The notes below the pieces were generated by a model. That model saw only the letters and a program-made list of their open reading frames with translations. It ran no database searches and had not been told where the DNA came from. From Anaeramoeba ignava BMAN (taxonomy: Eukaryota > Protista > Anaeramoebae), in assembly GCA_028826165.1 (NCBI GenBank), contig JAPDFW010000080.1:62001-126000 (forward strand): a DNA stretch of 64,000 nt. The letters run 5' to 3'. Each line of letters begins with the position of its first letter. Position 1 is the stretch's first letter. Below, piece after piece: positions 61,601-64,000 of this stretch. The position numbers were made by a program, and so were the translations under genes.

Positions 61601-64000
61601 AAAAAAAGATTTCTCACAGCATTTCTTCCAATCTCACGAAACCAAAGCATTTCAGAGTCCAACAAAGAAAAAATCCAACTAAAAATGTCTCCATCAATTT
61701 CGAGAAGCTTTCCGTCATTTTCACTATCATAAAGTTGTCTATCAAGAAGATTTGACTTGACTTTAAACGACAAGAAAACCGAAGATTCTTTTAAATCTTT
61801 TTGCTTTTGCGATAGGTCATTGTATTGAGTAAAATCATGTGTTGAAGGAATAAACTCAAAAATTTTTCTGCGAGATTCTGGTTTAAATTCTGTATCACCT
61901 GGAAGCCAGTTTTGGAAAGAATCAATAAAGAAACTAAATTGATAAAGAAATTCATCTTTTGATTTATTTGAATTATAAATCTCCTTTATAATGTTTATTA
62001 ATGTAGCTAAGAAATCGAAAATATCTTCTGCCAATTTTTTATGCTCTTTTTTGTCTTCAGATGAACGAAGTATTCTATGCAAGATTTCTATAAATATTTT
62101 TTTCGATATTAATTTCGATATTAAATTTAATATTAATTATTTACCAAAATGTTCAGGTAAAATGATTGGATTTTTGTTTTTAATTAAAGAATGCAATTTT
62201 TCTATAAAAATTGAAGCTAAATTCATGTTGATTTGGGACAAAATCTATATTTTTGTTTTTTCTTTCCATTTTAGTTCCTTTTTTTTTTTAAAAAAAAAAA
62301 TATTTTGTTTTTATTTGTTTTTACATGTTTAGATTCTGGAATATCTTTCATTCGATTGAGTATTCGTGATTGATCTATATTTTATATTATTTTGGAGCAT
62401 AAATTCATGAGTTTAAAGATTTTTAAAGTTAAAATTAAAAGGAAATGTTTATAAGTTATGAAGAATTTTACTTTTTTCATCAGAAAAACTCAAGTAAAGC
62501 ATTTCTAATCCTTCTAAATATTTTTGGTTAATGTTTTTTAATTCAAATTTGGGAGCCAACTAAAAGGATGTTTTAAAGAAAAGAAAATTAGGTGGGAAAT
62601 AATAATCTTTTTTTATCATCTTGTTTTAAATTAATTTACAAATTTGGATGCTGTTGAAATGATATGAGGATAAATTTTATTCACTTTTCGAAGTAATTTA
62701 CAATATGAATTCATCCAGAAAGTGTTATCGTTATCCTTTAAAATATCCAACATTGCTTTAATCGGAATTTCTCCAGGATTTCGTGTCTTTTTAAATTGGA
62801 AGAAAGAAAGAACCAAAAACAAAAAAAAAATTTTTTTTTGTGTTCAATTTTTGGATTTTTGGATTTAAATAATTCATACATATTCTAATTTAAGCACTTC
62901 AAGATCCAATTTTGATTCTCGATAAGCAAAATCCCATTCTTGTTGAAAAATTTGATAAATTGCTAAATTTTACAAAAATTTCACATCAAAATTTAAAATC
63001 AAAATTTATTTTTGTTTTTGTAAATACAGGCTTCTTTTAAGTGGAAAATTTGTTTTAAAATGTCAGAAATTTTTAAAAGAGCTTCTAATAATTTTTGTCT
63101 AAAAAATGAATTTGGATAACAAAGAGCTATTATTATTGCTGCTTGGATTGCATCAAAGTCCTGTTGTTTTAAAATGAATATGGAATCTCTCATTTGATTA
63201 TTTTCATTGTTTTCATTGTTTTCATTGTTTTTTTCAATAATTTTTGAGTTTTCGATTTTAATAGTTTCAGAATAAATTTGTTCAACAGTAGTGATAAATT
63301 TGAGGATGTTGGTACCAAATTGAGCATATAATTCATCTGAATTCGATTTATCCATTATTGAAAGGAGATATTGAGGTAATTCATCAATAACAGCAGAAAT
63401 AGATGAATTTTGTTTCTTCATCATTGAGATTAGGGTTTGTGCGGAAATGTAAGAGATTTCTGAATCGGAGTTGTTTGTTAGTTGCCAAATTTTGTTTATG
63501 ATGCTTTTTTTAACATCCGACTCATAAGATATCTCAACAAGCACAGAAGTTAATAAAAAGAATTTGAGTGGATAATTTTTAGAAGATTTAGATTGCTTTG
63601 TGCCTAAGAGTTTATCCATAATTGAGTTCAGTCTTTCGACAATTTTTTTTGCCAGTTTAGTGCCAGTTATGACTTGACAAAACCCAAAAGGGATAATAGA
63701 CTCCAAAAAGCGAGCTTGCGAAAGTGTAATATGCTTAGGCTCTATCATTTGGAGCAAAACCTTAAAGACTTTCGATTGTGCGCCAGAATCTTTGAGGGTG
63801 GCCATACACAAAAATTTCCAAAATTTTTTTTCCACTTTTTTTTTGATATGTTGATTTTGGGATTTGGTAATAATATTATTGAATTCTGTAGCATAAGCAT
63901 GATGAAGGTTCATTGTTGTTGAATAAAGAAAAATATGTAAGGAATTCAATCCGTAATTACTAAATTTGGGGAGGTTTGTAAGCTTTTCAAGTTTTCCATC
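58661..64000 (-). CDS. Furry/Tao3/Mor2-like HEAT/ARM scaffold, multi-exon, 5' end outside the window
   Basis: YLGPWL..IDNLQLL..EISKLW; RREIALLI..HNLPKILHFLFLYIDSENPILFENSKSALLQLL; WLEEAWKW..CYSLKIFQ resemble Furry-family MOR2-PAG1 segments; in-phase GT-AG junctions found between about 60.5 and 61.3 kb; upstream exons not fully resolved. Confidence 0.62.

Noticed and set aside
18083-64000. Inteins or Hint domains in the large ORFs
   Set aside because: No C-start/HN-end splicing blocks or LAGLIDADG motifs recognised

Overview
Very AT-rich, gene-dense eukaryotic (protist) DNA using the standard genetic code. Every intron I could resolve is a canonical GT-AG spliceosomal intron. The low-complexity NQ/EN tracts and the ankyrin-BTB gene resemble Anaeramoeba-type amoebae, but this assignment is an unverified inference. 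Gene order: Dbf4-like kinase regulator with a ~1000-aa repeat tail (-); Ariadne RBR E3 ligase, 11 exons (-); bacterial-type L-lysine 6-transaminase with one intron (-); class I HDAC (+); GAPDH (-); HPS3/BLOC-2-like (+); C2+MUN Munc13-like (-); CH/SH3/RasGEF-like (+); phosphatidate cytidylyltransferase (-); a tandem array of seven ~690-700-aa paralogues (+); ankyrin-BTB (+); 3' part of a Furry/Tao3-like gene (-). The most notable element is the seven-gene array at 36.9-56.4 kb. Each copy has a signal peptide, 14 beta-propeller blades and a GPI-like tail. Framework DNA is near-identical between copies, loops are hypervariable, copies are patchwork mosaics of each other, and each has a probable 5'-UTR intron. 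Together these features suggest a diversifying surface-receptor repertoire. Other oddities: introns inflated by intron-specific satellites that are G-poor on the sense strand, frequent AAG acceptors, and synonymous-site A/T skews that flip at repeat tracts. All exon models were derived by hand.
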